Shown in pieces: positions 15,071-27,499 of a stretch of DNA of 64,000 nt. The stretch is from contig OZ024755.1 in NCBI GenBank assembly GCA_964016885.1, positions 28,210,001-28,274,000 of the forward strand. Reading direction: 5' to 3'. Position numbers and translations under genes: made by a program. Source of the DNA: Eledone cirrhosa (taxonomy: Eukaryota). Position 1 is the first letter of the stretch. Each line of letters starts with the position of its first letter. The notes beneath the pieces were generated by a model, which worked only from the letters and a program-made list of their open reading frames with translations, did no database searches and was not told the DNA's origin.

Positions 15071-15131
15071 AACAAAAACACTCACTCACACACTCAGATA
15101 ACGATAAATACATATATATTCATGTGTGCGT

Positions 15132-15192
<61 letters not shown>

Positions 15193-15579
15193 CGAAATTA
15201 TTATATAAAACACCACATTACAGAAAAGTGGGAACAATGTTTATTATATAATGCTGACACGTGTTTCTTTGTATATGTTATATAATCAGTCTGGGATCGG
15301 TAATATTTGACTCTTTTAATCAAATTAAATCGAATCCTACAAAAATGTATATGTAGACACCACAAATGTTCAAAATGGAGTAAGAACTTTTTCACATGTA
15401 GATATATATATATGTATAAGGTAAATTTCTCTATATACTACATAAATTGTTACAATTGGGAACGTATAATGAAGCTACCACTGGACTTACCAAACGATAT
15501 AATTTGACCGTTGAGTAAAACACTACTTGTTACATAATCAAAATAATTGATGAGACTAATGGAAACTGAATACATCTAT

Positions 15580-15626
<47 letters not shown>

Positions 15627-15656
15627 TCTCTCTCTCACACACTCTCTCTGTCACAC

Positions 15657-15759
<103 letters not shown>

Positions 15760-15896
15760 CGAAGCAAGTCGAATAGAACAGACAAAACTCACTCACTCGA
15801 TTGACAACTAATTTCAAATTATTAAAATTCTAACTCAATATAGCGATAGTGTACACTTTCGTTAATCAGCGAGGAAGATGGTACGGTAATTAAGGA

Positions 15897-15934
<38 letters not shown>

Positions 15935-15937
<3 letters not shown>

Positions 15938-16210
15938 GAAGTTATATTTAATTTGTTGGGATACAACAAGCAAATATTTTTATAACTGATCTAAAGCACT
16001 CAACAAATTTTTGCAGTAAAAATACAATATATTAACAAATGGAAACTATATTTAAAAAAACCATATTTATTTCATTATACATATTTCAAGGACACCAAAG
16101 CACATTATGGTGCGCTTTCATCAGATAAAATATAATATAGACCAGTTTTATAAACAAATATTGACATACCCTTAAAGAATGCGACCATGTCGGTTGGAAG
16201 ATCGCGGATA
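15935..16210 (-). mobile_element. Family F element (putative Penelope-like terminus)
   Basis: Reverse complement matches 20376-20650 and 25280-25495. A tail-only copy lies at 58097-58180. (TA)n flanks. Confidence 0.75.
16069..16131 (-). ncRNA. Minimal hammerhead ribozyme motif (family F)
   Basis: ATTTTAT-CTGATGA-aagcgcacca...tggtgtcctt-GAAA-tatgta-TA-ATGAAAT. Stem I pairs fully with one G-U. Confidence 0.7.
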
Positions 16211-17568
16211 GTTAGCTATATATATATATATATAATAGGCAGAATATATATATATATATGTGTGTGAGTCTGTGTGTATGTATGTATTCTGCCTATTTTT
16301 TTTAACATTTGCTTTCGCTATTTACTTCAACACCACCACACAATCAATGCGGAATCTAAGAATGTTTTCAATGCAAATATACTGGATTGGCTAGCCAAAG
16401 GAAGTGAGAACATATAGGGGTATTAACAGTGAAAATATAAAGATTCTTCTACTCTTTCACACTTTCTATTTCTCTTTCCCACATATATATATATATACTT
16501 TTTCACATTCCCTCCCGCTCTGTTGCTTTGGTTTGTTTCATGGTAGAGAAACAGAATCGAAGTCTCAGAGTTATGAGTCATCGGAACTGGGAGATAACGT
16601 AAAACTCGATGCTGCGATTGACCAGAATGCAGATTGTGAAATAGCTCTGTAACCTTTTATGGAAATTGGCCGATAAAATGAATGCAACATTTTAATACTT
16701 AAATTATGTTGATTTAGACTTAAACACTTCATGCTGTAATTTATAATTCAGTAAGAGTGTTATAAACTTTGCACATAGCATGTCAAATCAACTATTATAT
16801 TGCTGGGGATATTTTGTGTTTTTTTTTTTATTCAGCGTTAGTGTAATCTTGATCAAGGGGGTATATTTTAGATGTAACTTCGCGTCGTTTTAATGCAATC
16901 GGGAGTTCCATTTTCTAATATTCCCTTCCTGTTTCTAAAGCCGAGGTCAACAGTCGTTTAAATTGACACCACATTACTGTTTTGTATTTTGTTGACGCCC
17001 GGAATATATATAAATATATATATGTTACATATTATATTATTTAATAATGATAACAAAGGCAAATTATCTTACATATATCATTCAATGATTTACAATCGTT
17101 TGGGAGGGTTGATCATATCGATATATTGACTGATCTATAGAAGTTAGAGAACTGTATCAGACATAATATATGGGTTCGATCATACTGTATTTACTTATTA
17201 TGGCTAAGTAGTGAGTCTTGTTACCCCGAATTTTCACCTGCGTACTCGCAATATCATTCACTGAACTTGCAAGTGCGCAGGTAAACGTCTAGAGTAAGAA
17301 GACTCAGTACTAATCATAATAAATGAACATTAAAATGCTGCTTCTCGACCGTTAACTACTTACAGATATATGGGAAGGATCTAGAAAAGATGAACTACAC
17401 AAAGACTGTTCAATCATTACATTGGCCAGCAGCGTATATATGTATATATATATGTGTATATATTTATTATCACCGGATTCATACGGAATCCGGTCGTTGA
17501 AATGATCATAGTATAATAAACCTTTCAAGGATTTACACAAGTCCAGCGTCCTGTTATTTTATTATAAT

Positions 17569-17613
<45 letters not shown>

Positions 17614-17643
17614 CCTGGGCTCAGCCATCGAGGTCCTGAATCC

Positions 17644-17706
<63 letters not shown>

Positions 17707-18477
17707 TACATAATACCACCTCAATTTAAACGGAGCGCAACAGAAATGGTAAAATTGAAGCACTAAAATGAGCAACATCCTTTATACAGTTCATATAGAG
17801 AAAATATTCTTGTTAGGTCTTGTTTTCAAGATATGTAATTGTCCAGATCTTATAGTATTCAATGCTTGGAACGGTAACGGAAAAATGTACAGATATATTC
17901 CAAAAATGTTAACGTGTCAGAAATTCAGCCAAAACGTATACAAACAACTTAAAAATGAAGAGAAGAAATAAACAAGAAACCAGAATGAAACAGCAATAGT
18001 AAAGAAGAAAAGTGCAAGGGAGAAAATATGCAAAGAATAAAATAATGATAATAAAAAATAAAAATAAACGAGAAATACGTCAGAACACACAACAAAAAAA
18101 GTAATAAGCGATACCTGTAGAAACAATAAGAAGAGGAAAAATAACAATAACATACATACAAGGGAAATTAGACGAAAAAGAAAAGGAAAAGAAATATGAG
18201 GAAGCAATGCATAATGGCGTGCTAGTGATGGAGGTGAAGCTGAGAAAATTATTTTGCCAGAAAATACTAGAAGAAAATGAAGTGTTTACATTAAACAATT
18301 TTAGACATATAATATGGGTGCGAGAGTGAGGAGAAGTCAAAGAAGAGGATGAGATTGGGGTTGGGGGTTGGCAAAATTTAAATATATAGATATGTATTGC
18401 ACGAGAAAAAAAATATGCATATATATATGCACACACACACACACACACATACACACACATATATATATATATATATA

Positions 18478-18620
18478 AGTTTATCCCAGGTTCAATCGGG
18501 GGTAACCACACAAAGTAAGGCACTCAATACATAGTAGAGTATAAATATTCAATATAGAAATGTCTTCTACAGGACTAGAACTGTTTATTTGGGAGAAATC
18601 ATGAGGAAGACCGAATTAAA
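18478..18620 (-). mobile_element. Family G element with mutated hammerhead and ~80 nt tail
   Basis: Shares ttctacaggactagaactgttt with 3082-3103. Tail end matches fragments at 13198-13220 and 52329-52354. Confidence 0.7.
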
Positions 18621-18649
18621 CATTTATAGTCCCATAGATGCCATTTCTC

Positions 18650-18696
<47 letters not shown>

Positions 18697-18700
<4 letters not shown>

Positions 18701-19089
18701 CAACTCTGGATGTCGGTGAGCATGTCCAGCTAACCTCAGTCTCCTCTGTGTCACTTTTGAGCTGACTTTTGGAATGCTCCCATGCAGCTCTGAGTTTTTC
18801 ATCCTCAGTGTATACTGATTAATGTTCAGAGCCATCCTCAGCATTCTCGTGTCGCACCCATCCACCATCTGAGTGAGTTTCTTGGTCAGTGTCCAAGTCT
18901 CAGACCCATACAGCAGCACAGACTCCACTACATGGACACACTAGAAGAGGAAGACCAAGGTTAACGTATGTTGATGCCCTAAGCACAGACACTGGTCTGT
19001 TGGAGATGCAGGACATGGCAGCGATAATGAGGGACAGAGACCGCTGGAGAAAACTCGTCCATGGATCTCGGGAATTTTACCCGCCTTAG
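18697..19089 (+). mobile_element. RTE-like LINE 3' fragment with 5' inversion
   Basis: 18928-18697 on minus encodes ESVLLYGSETWTLTK...RRLRLAGHAHRHPELT. 18929-19089 on plus continues HGHTRRGRPRLTY...RDRDRWR. (TA)n flanks. Confidence 0.9.
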
Positions 19090-19205
19090 ATATATATATA
19101 TATATATATATATAAAGTGTTTCCGTAGGAAAGGTAAATGAAGAGAGAGTGCTCTATGTAGACTATAGGGTTTTTAGCTTTGTAATAAACAACATAAGAT
19201 AATTA

Positions 19206-19278
19206 TTTCATTTACCAAAGGTTTCACGAAGACAGACGAGCCTGACACACACGTCTGATTTCGGTCTTCAGAATGAAA
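19206..19278 (-). ncRNA. Type-I hammerhead ribozyme motif (family H)
   Basis: TTTCATT-CTGAAGA-ccgaaatCAGACG...CGTCTGtcttcgt-GAAAC-C ttt G-GTA-AATGAAA. Perfect 7-bp stem I and intact core. Its tail 19113-19200 recurs at 20940-21025. Confidence 0.8.
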
Positions 19279-19336
19279 GGTTATTTTAAATGGATGTGAG
19301 ATATGGATTTCAAAACAAAGTCACTACATATATATA

Positions 19337-19800
19337 TATGTAACCCCATAGAAAGAAGTCCAGGAGATTGATAACTGGTGAACTAGGTGGTCAGGGAAAT
19401 GGGCCATCCCTTCCAATCCACCGGTCTGGAAATGTTTGATTTAGTAACCCATGAACATGCAGTCCCCCATGTTGTGGTGCAGCATCTCCCTGGATAATGA
19501 TGGTTGGTTGAAGGTCATCAAGCTGTGGTGCCACATTTTCAGTAAAACGTCATGGTAAAAATTTGAACTAATTGATGTCTCTTTGAAGAAAAATGGACCG
19601 TGTTTTGTTTTAGTGATGATGCAACCTTTTATATTTCAAGGAAACTGAACACACATAATGTGAGAATACGGGGATTTGAACAGCCCCATGTGACTAGTGA
19701 ACTTCACCGAGATAGTCCAACGGTCAATGTGTGGTGTGGGATAATGTGCAATCGAATCATTGGTCCAATTACTGCAAATGGTTACCTTGACCTTATGATC
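19337..19800. mobile_element. Tc1/mariner transposase remnant with halves in opposite orientation
   Basis: Plus ~19600-19795: FSDDATFYISRKLNTHNVRI...DSPTVNVWCGI...IIGP. Minus ~19550-19337: IIQGDAAPQH...FPDRWIGRDGPFP*PPSSP...LDFFLWGY. Confidence 0.85.
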
Positions 19801-19804
19801 CCAG

Positions 19805-20085
19805 TAAACAGGATGAAAGAGTCATTGGCCCAGAGGATGGTGAAGGAGACGCGCTGGAACAGCCACTCCACCTGCCCCAATAGCTGTAAGTAGGGATGTG
19901 GTACCGGGGCGAAGAAGACCAGAAATCTCCAATGCCACAGGCTCGACCACAAACCTATCAGAGAGCAGTCAATACTTTGACAGTTTTCCCTCTTCATTCT
20001 GTCAAATAGAGAAGCCTGGGCTGGTAGCCGAACACATAAGGTTGCTGCTGAAGACGGTGTCACAACATGTGGCATTCCAGATGAC
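19805..20085 (-). mobile_element. CRE-clade non-LTR retrotransposon 3' fragment
   Basis: WNATCCDT...LSDRFVVEPVALEISGLL...EWLFQRVSFTIL, homologous to 37380-38410. Confidence 0.75.
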
Positions 20086-20304
20086 TGAATATGCATGTTA
20101 TGCAAAATATCTACTTTCAGTTTTTTCTCTCGCTAAGTCCATCTCTGATTGAGGTGATCGATTATCGAAGGCATTCTTGGAAATTGCCTTAACATGTGAA
20201 ACTGAAGGTTACTTATTTTCTTTATATAATACATCAAAATGTTTACGTTTTTGATTAGCGTATGTCAATCTCTATTTGTGTTGATCTATTATCCAAGGCC
20301 TTCT

Positions 20305-20375
<71 letters not shown>

Positions 20376-20380
<5 letters not shown>

Positions 20381-20647
20381 CGAGCTTCCAACAGAAATGG
20401 TCGCATTCTTTTAAGGGTATGTCAATATTTATTTATAAAACTGATCTATATTATATTTTAGCTGATGAAAGCGCACCATAATTTGACTTGGTGTCCTTGA
20501 AATATGTATAATGAAATAAATATGGTTTTATAAATATAGTTTCCATTTGTTAATATATCGTATTTTTACTCCAATAATTTGTTGAGTGCTTTATATCAGT
20601 TATAAACATATTTGCTTGTTGTATCCCAACAAATTAAATATAACTTC

Positions 20648-20650
<3 letters not shown>
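20376..20650 (+). mobile_element. Family F element with hammerhead motif at 20454-20517
   Basis: CTGATGA at 20462-20468, then GAAA-tatgta-TA-atgaaat. (TA)n on both sides. Confidence 0.75.
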
Positions 20651-20704
<54 letters not shown>

Positions 20705-20714
<10 letters not shown>

Positions 20715-20893
20715 CAATCGTAAGGTTGTGAGTTCGATTCCTGGACCAAGCGATGCGTTATGTCCTTGAGCAAGACACTTTATTTCACGTTGCTCCATCT
20801 ACCTGGAGTTTCGACCGATAGATAGTATGAGCAATTGGAAAGACCAACGGAAACATTGTTCCCTCGGTCCGATTTGACGAAAGTCGACCGTTC

Positions 20894-20895
<2 letters not shown>
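20705..20895 (+). mobile_element. SINE family 2 (tRNA-like head, tgtccttgagcaagacactttatttcacgttgctcc core)
   Basis: B-box GAGTTCGATTCC. Core shared with 36185, 41105, 41380 and 59390. 3' part matches the minus copy at 46250-46372. Confidence 0.8.
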
Positions 20896-20939
<44 letters not shown>

Positions 20940-21445
20940 AAGTATTTTCGTAGGAAGAGTAAAGGAAAGGAGAATGCTCTATGTATGCTACAGAACTATT
21001 TAATTATGTAATAAACAACATAAGACACTATCATAGCACATCATATAGCTGGGTAGGTATTAACGTAAAATTAATCACGTTACTCTGTGTGATTTGCCCC
21101 AGTTAAGCGTCGAAATGACGGCAGTCTTATTGCAAGTCATAGTTCTCTATTGTTAAGTGATACTTGAACAACATTCGACGGGTATATCTTTCCAGATGAA
21201 AAATAACAGCCAAATGTTGATGTTGTAAACATTTTAATATGTCCTACGTATCTTAATATTATTACCGTTTACCTCACACGTTCTAATTCAATTTCACGAT
21301 ACCCCCCTACTAAGGAGGGTCAGTTTCATATACAAACAAAAGTTATGGTTTATCATTAACAAAATTGCAATAATATAAAATTAACATCTATAAAATCACC
21401 CCTCATGAAAGTAAATATTGCAAACTCAACGGGAATAATGATAAA

Positions 21446-21481
<36 letters not shown>

Positions 21482-21488
<7 letters not shown>

Positions 21489-21680
21489 ATGTACGATCCC
21501 GACGGCAGAGGTCAAGCCGTTTCGACGGCTATTTCTGGACTCAGAAATAGCCGTCGAAACGGCTTGAGCTCTTTCATCGGGGTCATACGTGTTCTTATTG
21601 CCCACTCTACTACCCTAAGTATTGAGTACTCTGGTGCGTTATGGTCCATCTGGTTCCTTACCACACATCCTTCGTTATAT
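21482..21680. mobile_element. Fold-back element family A
   Basis: gtttcgacggctatttctg gact cagaaatagccgtcgaaac, with tail ending ccttcgtt then (AT)n. Confidence 0.8.
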
Positions 21681-22196
21681 ATATATATATGAATAATTAC
21701 TACATTGAAATATTTTATTTAATGTGTGGTTGTGTATGCGGAAAATCTTGCCGCTTTTAAAACTTGCGGGGGTAGACTGAATTGTAAGAAATAGCTTAAT
21801 AGTTACTACTTAACCAGAAGAAAATGATAGAGACATGACATTAAACTGCATCCAGCGGTAAGGCTCCTCGGTAAGGCTCCAGTTCGGGAGTTCAGGGGCT
21901 GTGGGGAATGTGGAGTTACCCCATAGTTGTTATCTCTCCCAGGTCTGCTCTGGCCCGGAGTAGTAGTACCTGTTAGGGCCCTATTTATCGGTTAAATAAT
22001 TACCTTATTCGGGTAACATCGGTAAGGTATTATCAGTCATTGAAAAGAACCATGGAGAGTGTATTTAACAGCACTAGGGTTAAAGCCCCTAACTAAACTG
22101 TCAAGGAGCAGTTTGGCCGTTATAGTCGTTATGTAAATGGAGGGATCATTACATGGAATTGTTTTTAACATTGTTTTTCCTGTGTTGTTCTTAAAG

Positions 22197-22391
22197 CAGA
22201 CCTGTCAACCTCTAAAACACTCAAATAGAGAGTACATGAAAAAAAGTGCCCCAAAACTGGGAGAAATGAGGTAAAATGGGGAGATTTTACATTATGAAAG
22301 CTATACCCATTTTCACAAGAGAAGACATCTCTCATCCACATCAAACTGGGTGGGAGATCTCCCGGTCGGACGGGGAAAGTTGACAGGCCTG
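22197..22391. mobile_element. MITE-like element
   Basis: Terminal inverted repeats cagacctgtcaac / gttgacaggcctg. No clear TSD. Confidence 0.55.
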
Positions 22392-22491
22392 TTATAGTTA
22401 TTAGTTATAGTCTGGTATGTAAATGTTGCTGTCGTTGTTGAGGATGATAAACAATTTCGTTAACCAAGTCGGTTGAGAGCCTTCTAGAACC

Positions 22492-22701
22492 CAGGCATGT
22501 CAAACATACGGCCTGCGAGCCACATGCGGCCGTTTACAAGCCCTCACAAAGGGTTTTACAGCGCGAGCTTTTTTTTAACTTCGTAATATAAAATTGAAAA
22601 AATATTTTGTAATGTTCGCAATTAGTTGTCGTTTGTGGCCCTCAGTTAACAGATATGTGACTCATGTGACCCTCGGGTGGACCCTCAATTTGACATACCT
22701 G
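22492..22701. mobile_element. hAT-like MITE
   Basis: TIRs caggcatgtcaaa / tttgacatacctg. Flanks ttctagaa(cc) / ttctagat resemble the NTCTAGAN target of Charlie-type hAT elements. Confidence 0.7.
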
Positions 22702-24049
22702 TTCTAGATTTAACAATTTTTAGATCACTAAATTATTTTTCTTTTAAAATGAATGAATTTCATTACACAACAGCGACGGTGGCGCAGACGGTATTCGAAA
22801 TGGTTTCTTTACAAATAAGTTTACTCGTGAGGTGTAGGTCGACCCAGGATTATGCGTAAAAGAGACATGCTCAGAGAAACAAACGTGAATATATCTCCAA
22901 TGCTCAACGTCATATGTATTAAGAGACTTTAAACACACATACACAGAAACACACATGTAAACACCAACACACATATATGAATTCCACTTACACACTAGGA
23001 TAGAGGCACCCCAGAACACACTAGTCCCTTTCCTAAAGCATCCCTAAGTAGACATAGAAAATTTACATTACTGTAAACATATATATATATAGCCCTAACA
23101 GGACCAGCCGATTAGATAGCAACAATGCATGCACAGATACATTGCTCTCAGTTTAAGCACGAGTCACAAATATAAACAACGCCAGTCCTGTACTACATTG
23201 ATGGTACCCCTGGTATATAAAGCAAATTTCTACTATTATACACACACTATCATAAAAACTCTAGCATTACCATTGTTAAAGAAAACTGCAAGTTAGCATT
23301 CAAATCTATTACTTTCTGTTGCTAAGGTATTGCGATGGCTTTAATAAACCTGATACAAATACACTTTGAGGCATTTCTTATATAAAACAGGAATTCATAA
23401 TACTCTAGATTCTTTGCAAACTAACGATAGCACGAGAACTAAGATAACAAAAAACTTTCTTTAAGATTAATAGTAGATTCATTGGTGTTTGAAATAAGTA
23501 AATTAGTGAACAATGTGTTTTTCCCGGGCCATAGAGCACTTGATAACTAGAAATTTCTACGATAATGGGATACAATAATAAACTATGAATTTTTAGCCAT
23601 TTAGCAAATCGTAAATAAAAGCAAATAAACAAACATATAAATATACAATGCTATTTTCTTTGACTTAGATACGCTGAAATTTCTCTCTTATTTTTTTATC
23701 TGTTTGAACCTAATGTAGCTAAGTACAATGTCAATTTTACAGATTATAAGGTAGAATTATCTCTTAAAAGGGTGTGTGTTCTACTAGAAAACTTAAGATC
23801 ATCATCAGGACAATAGGTCTAGTTACTCACTTCAGCCGAGGTTTCCTTCTGTCTAGCCTTTTCCCTTAGTCTTTCGAGCATGAGTGTAATAAATGAAAGA
23901 TAATTTAAGACATTTATCGGGATAAAGCAGGGCTAAAACAGCTATCTTTACGAAGACATACATTTGAATAGATGTAAAAAAAAAAAAAACACCTCGATCA
24001 CGCACCACTGAAAAAAACCCCCCAAACTTTAAAGATTATTTATGCAGAG

Positions 24050-24275
24050 ACGCATGTTATCCGACGTTCTACCAATACTGCCAACCCACCGCCCTAATAA
24101 TCCCTAATAATTGTTTCTACTTTTGGCACAAGGCCAGCAATTATCCCAGTGTATTACTTGTACTTTATTTTATCGAATTTATCAACCCCGTAAGGATGAA
24201 AGGCAAAGTTTACCTCGGCGGGACGTAACTCTTTGCTGCAAAGCATGACGTCCGACACTCTACCGATTCTGCCAG
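24050..24275 (-). mobile_element. SINE family 1 (head of one copy plus a second, internally deleted copy)
   Basis: Reverse complement of core and tail. Confidence 0.75.
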
Positions 24276-24609
24276 GCTGTATGTTATATATAGATAAATG
24301 TATAGAGTATATATAAAGTTTCATACACTTAACATGTATGCACACCCTTAGCTTTCGGAGACCAGTTATGCCCAGCACTGAGTAATGGATGAGTCGCTTC
24401 AAAATTGACCTCACATCAGTTGTTGGTAAATAATTTTATCCTATGAGAGGTGAGTGTTGAAGTGGTTCCTCTACTATATAATGGTGGCCTTAACTGGACT
24501 CCGAAACTTAAGATTGTGCATACATTGGAAGTGTAAGAAACTGTAGATATTAAATAAGCTATCTTGCAATAGATTGAACATTGTTTACCTTGATCTTTCA
24601 TCTGTGGGT

Positions 24610-24690
<81 letters not shown>

Positions 24691-24692
<2 letters not shown>

Positions 24693-25057
24693 CGTTTCCG
24701 AATTTGTTTAGCAAGATTCTTTATCTGAAAACGTGTGTTGAAACCGATATTGTTATGCTTTGGGAGGGTCATGTTGCCAATAAGAAACACACGCACCAAA
24801 AACAAGATGACGTAGGACAGAACAAAGGAGAGGCACAAAAACAAAGAAAAGAATCTCCAGTCACTTAAGAGGTCACAGAATGTGTGACGAAAGAACTTTG
24901 ACAATATATGAACAATCGTCTGGTTGTGGTACCAACCACCCAACCGGAAATTTATAAATTCTTAAATTTATGAAGTTAATTTATAATAAATTGAAGTGAA
25001 AGCAACTGGTGCGTGTGTTTCTTATTGGCAACATGACCCTCCCAAAGTATAACAATA
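24691..25057. mobile_element. (TA)n-flanked element family E with ~50 bp inverted repeats
   Basis: 24748-24798 is near-perfectly inverted at 25007-25057. Hammerhead-like motif at 24860-24903. Confidence 0.6.
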
Positions 25058-25077
25058 TATATATATATATATATACA

Positions 25078-25495
25078 TTGATATTAAATAAATGGAAACT
25101 ATATTTATAAAACCATATTTATTCTATTATATATATTTTAAGGGTACCAACATTTTGGTACGCTATCATTAGATAAAATACGAAATGTTTTATAAATATT
25201 TGACATAACCAAGGATAATATACCTTAACAGTTCAAGGTAAGGCATATTATCAACTTGAACCGTAAAGGTATATTATCCTTGGTTATGTCAAATATTTAT
25301 AAAACATTTTGTATTTTATCTGATGATAGCGTACCAAAATTTTTGTACCCTTGAAATATATATAATAGAATAAATATGGTTTTATAAATATAGTTTACAT
25401 TTATTTAATATCAGAAAAACTGTTGAGTGCTCTAAATAAGTTATAATCATTTATATTTGTTGAATTACCAACAAATTGAATATGCCTTCTGCTTA
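25078..25495. mobile_element. Family F fold-back (~160 bp arms)
   Basis: Palindrome centred ~25245 with an ~80 nt extension to 25495. (TA)n flanks. Confidence 0.8.
25313..25371 (+). ncRNA. Minimal hammerhead ribozyme motif (family F)
   Basis: ATTTTAT-CTGATGA-tagcgtac...gtaccctt-GAAA-tatata-TA-ATAGAAT. Predicted cleavage after 25364. Confidence 0.7.
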
Positions 25496-25538
25496 TATAT
25501 ATATATATATATTTCTCTCTCTCTATATATATATATAT

Positions 25539-25712
25539 AACGGAAGAAATGTGGTAAGGAACCAGGTGGACCATAACGCACCAAAGTACTCAATACTTAG
25601 GGTAGTAGAGTGGGTAATAGGAACGAGTAGGACCTCGACAGCTGAGCTCAAGCCGTTTCGACGGCTAATTCGAAACGGCTTGAGCTCAGCCGTCGGGGTC
25701 CTACTCGTTCCT
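25539..25712. mobile_element. Fold-back element family A
   Basis: Same two end points as 11590-11775, with a different centre. Confidence 0.8.
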
Positions 25713-25749
25713 ATATATATATATATATATATACAGTATAGATTACATA

Positions 25750-26100
25750 ATGATTTCTACTATAGACACAAGGCCAGCAATTTTGGGGGTGGGGAAATCA
25801 ATTAAATCGACCCCAGTGCGTGACTGGTACTTTATTTTATCGACCCCGTAAGGATGTAAGGCAAAGTTAACCTTGGTGGGATTTGAACTCAGATCATAAA
25901 AGGCCTTAAATCTATGCTGCAAAGCATGGCGTTCCACCCTCTACTGATACTGCCAATCCACCGCCCTCAGTGTAGATTACATAATGATTTCTACTATAGG
26001 AACAAGGCCAGCAATTTTGGGCGAGGCGAAAGACGATTAAATCGATCCCAGTGTATTACTGGTACTGTTTTTTGTCGACCCAAGTAAGGATGAAAGGCGG
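25750..26100 (-). mobile_element. Two tandem SINE family 1 copies
   Basis: Both are preceded by a duplicated tagattacataatgatttctactatag. Confidence 0.8.
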
Positions 26101-27017
26101 ATATTCGATTACATAAATTACGAATGATCAGGTATTGATATATTTATGCCTTGTAATGTGTCGTTTGGATACTAAATCAAACGCTATAGAGTTACACAAA
26201 TGGTGGACACAGTAGTATAATGTAGTATTATAGGGTTGGTTATTTTCCATTTTTTATTTTTCCATGAAAAGGGGTCTAGAAATCCTTTAGGATTAAATAG
26301 AGATTTAGATAAAATTCCTTTTCATCATTATCATAGTTATAAGGATGTTTTAGGTTTTTAGTTATAATATTTTTATGATTAAGTTTAGTTTATTATCTCC
26401 TAATATATTATGAGAAGGCAGAAAATGTCATCCCTGCAAATTGTAAAAAGATGGAATTGTTATTGATGATGCGCTTGTGTCAAATTGTAGCTTTACTTAA
26501 CATGTTATATCTAAACTAAAGAATAACAAAGGTATGAGGAAAACCAACAACAACAAAATCGTTATTATGTAAACAAATCCGATAGAAGTATACAACTATA
26601 TAAGTTATGCCATTGATGACGGAGAATAACAGAGCAAATGTGGGACATAGCTTTTATTCCCTTGTTCATATAAGAAAATTGACCTGATATTGTATTCATA
26701 GACAGAATTATCAGTCAAACTGAATGAATACATATAAAATTTAACAAGATGAATGATCAAAATGTAAATATAAGGAGAGATGTTGAGGATGTAGGACTAT
26801 GAACGTAAACACACTATATACATTCCCATGGAATGTCCTTTAATAAACAGATACAGAGAAGTATAAAGTTTTATACATAAAGGCAACATAAGAAAAAAGA
26901 TCTTACATGAGATTATAAAACCCTTTTGATACAAAATCGGGGCTCCATTGCGCATTAAATACAATCAATGAAAATCACACTATCAAATCCTATTACTAAC
27001 AGCAACAGCAATTATAT

Positions 27018-27054
<37 letters not shown>

Positions 27055-27056
27055 AA

Positions 27057-27495
27057 TGTTTCTACTTTTGGCACAAGGCCAGCAATTACCCCAGTGCATT
27101 ACTGGTACTTTATTTTATCAAACCCGTAAGGAAGAAAGGCAAAGTTAACCTCGGCGGATTTGAACTCTCAGAACGTAAAGGGCCGATGATGTCTTATATA
27201 GGGACAAGGCCAGCAATTTGAAGGGTAGGGAAAAGTCGATTAAATCAACCCCTGGGTATTACTGGTGCTTTAATATCTGAAACCCGTAAGGATGAATGGC
27301 GAAGCTAAACTCAAGTGGGTTTGAAACCAAATACGTAAAGAGACGTAATTATAAAAAAAAATTGTTTCTACATTTGGCACAAGGCCAGCAACTACCCAGT
27401 GCATTACTGGTACTTTATTTTATCGACCCCGTAAGGATGAAAGGCAAAGTTAACCTCGGCGGGATTTGAACTCAGATCGTAAAGGACGTAATTAT
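27057..27495 (-). mobile_element. Three tandem SINE family 1 copies
   Basis: Core reverse complements at ~27057, ~27195 and ~27360. Confidence 0.8.
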
Positions 27496-27499
27496 ATAA

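Noticed and set aside
21840-22000. GC-richer block recalled as an octopus interspersed repeat
   Set aside because: Single copy here. Recollection alone is not evidence from the sequence.
26400-26930. Possible old LINE C-terminal CCHC region (IPMECPLINRYRE)
   Set aside because: Too degenerate to assign.
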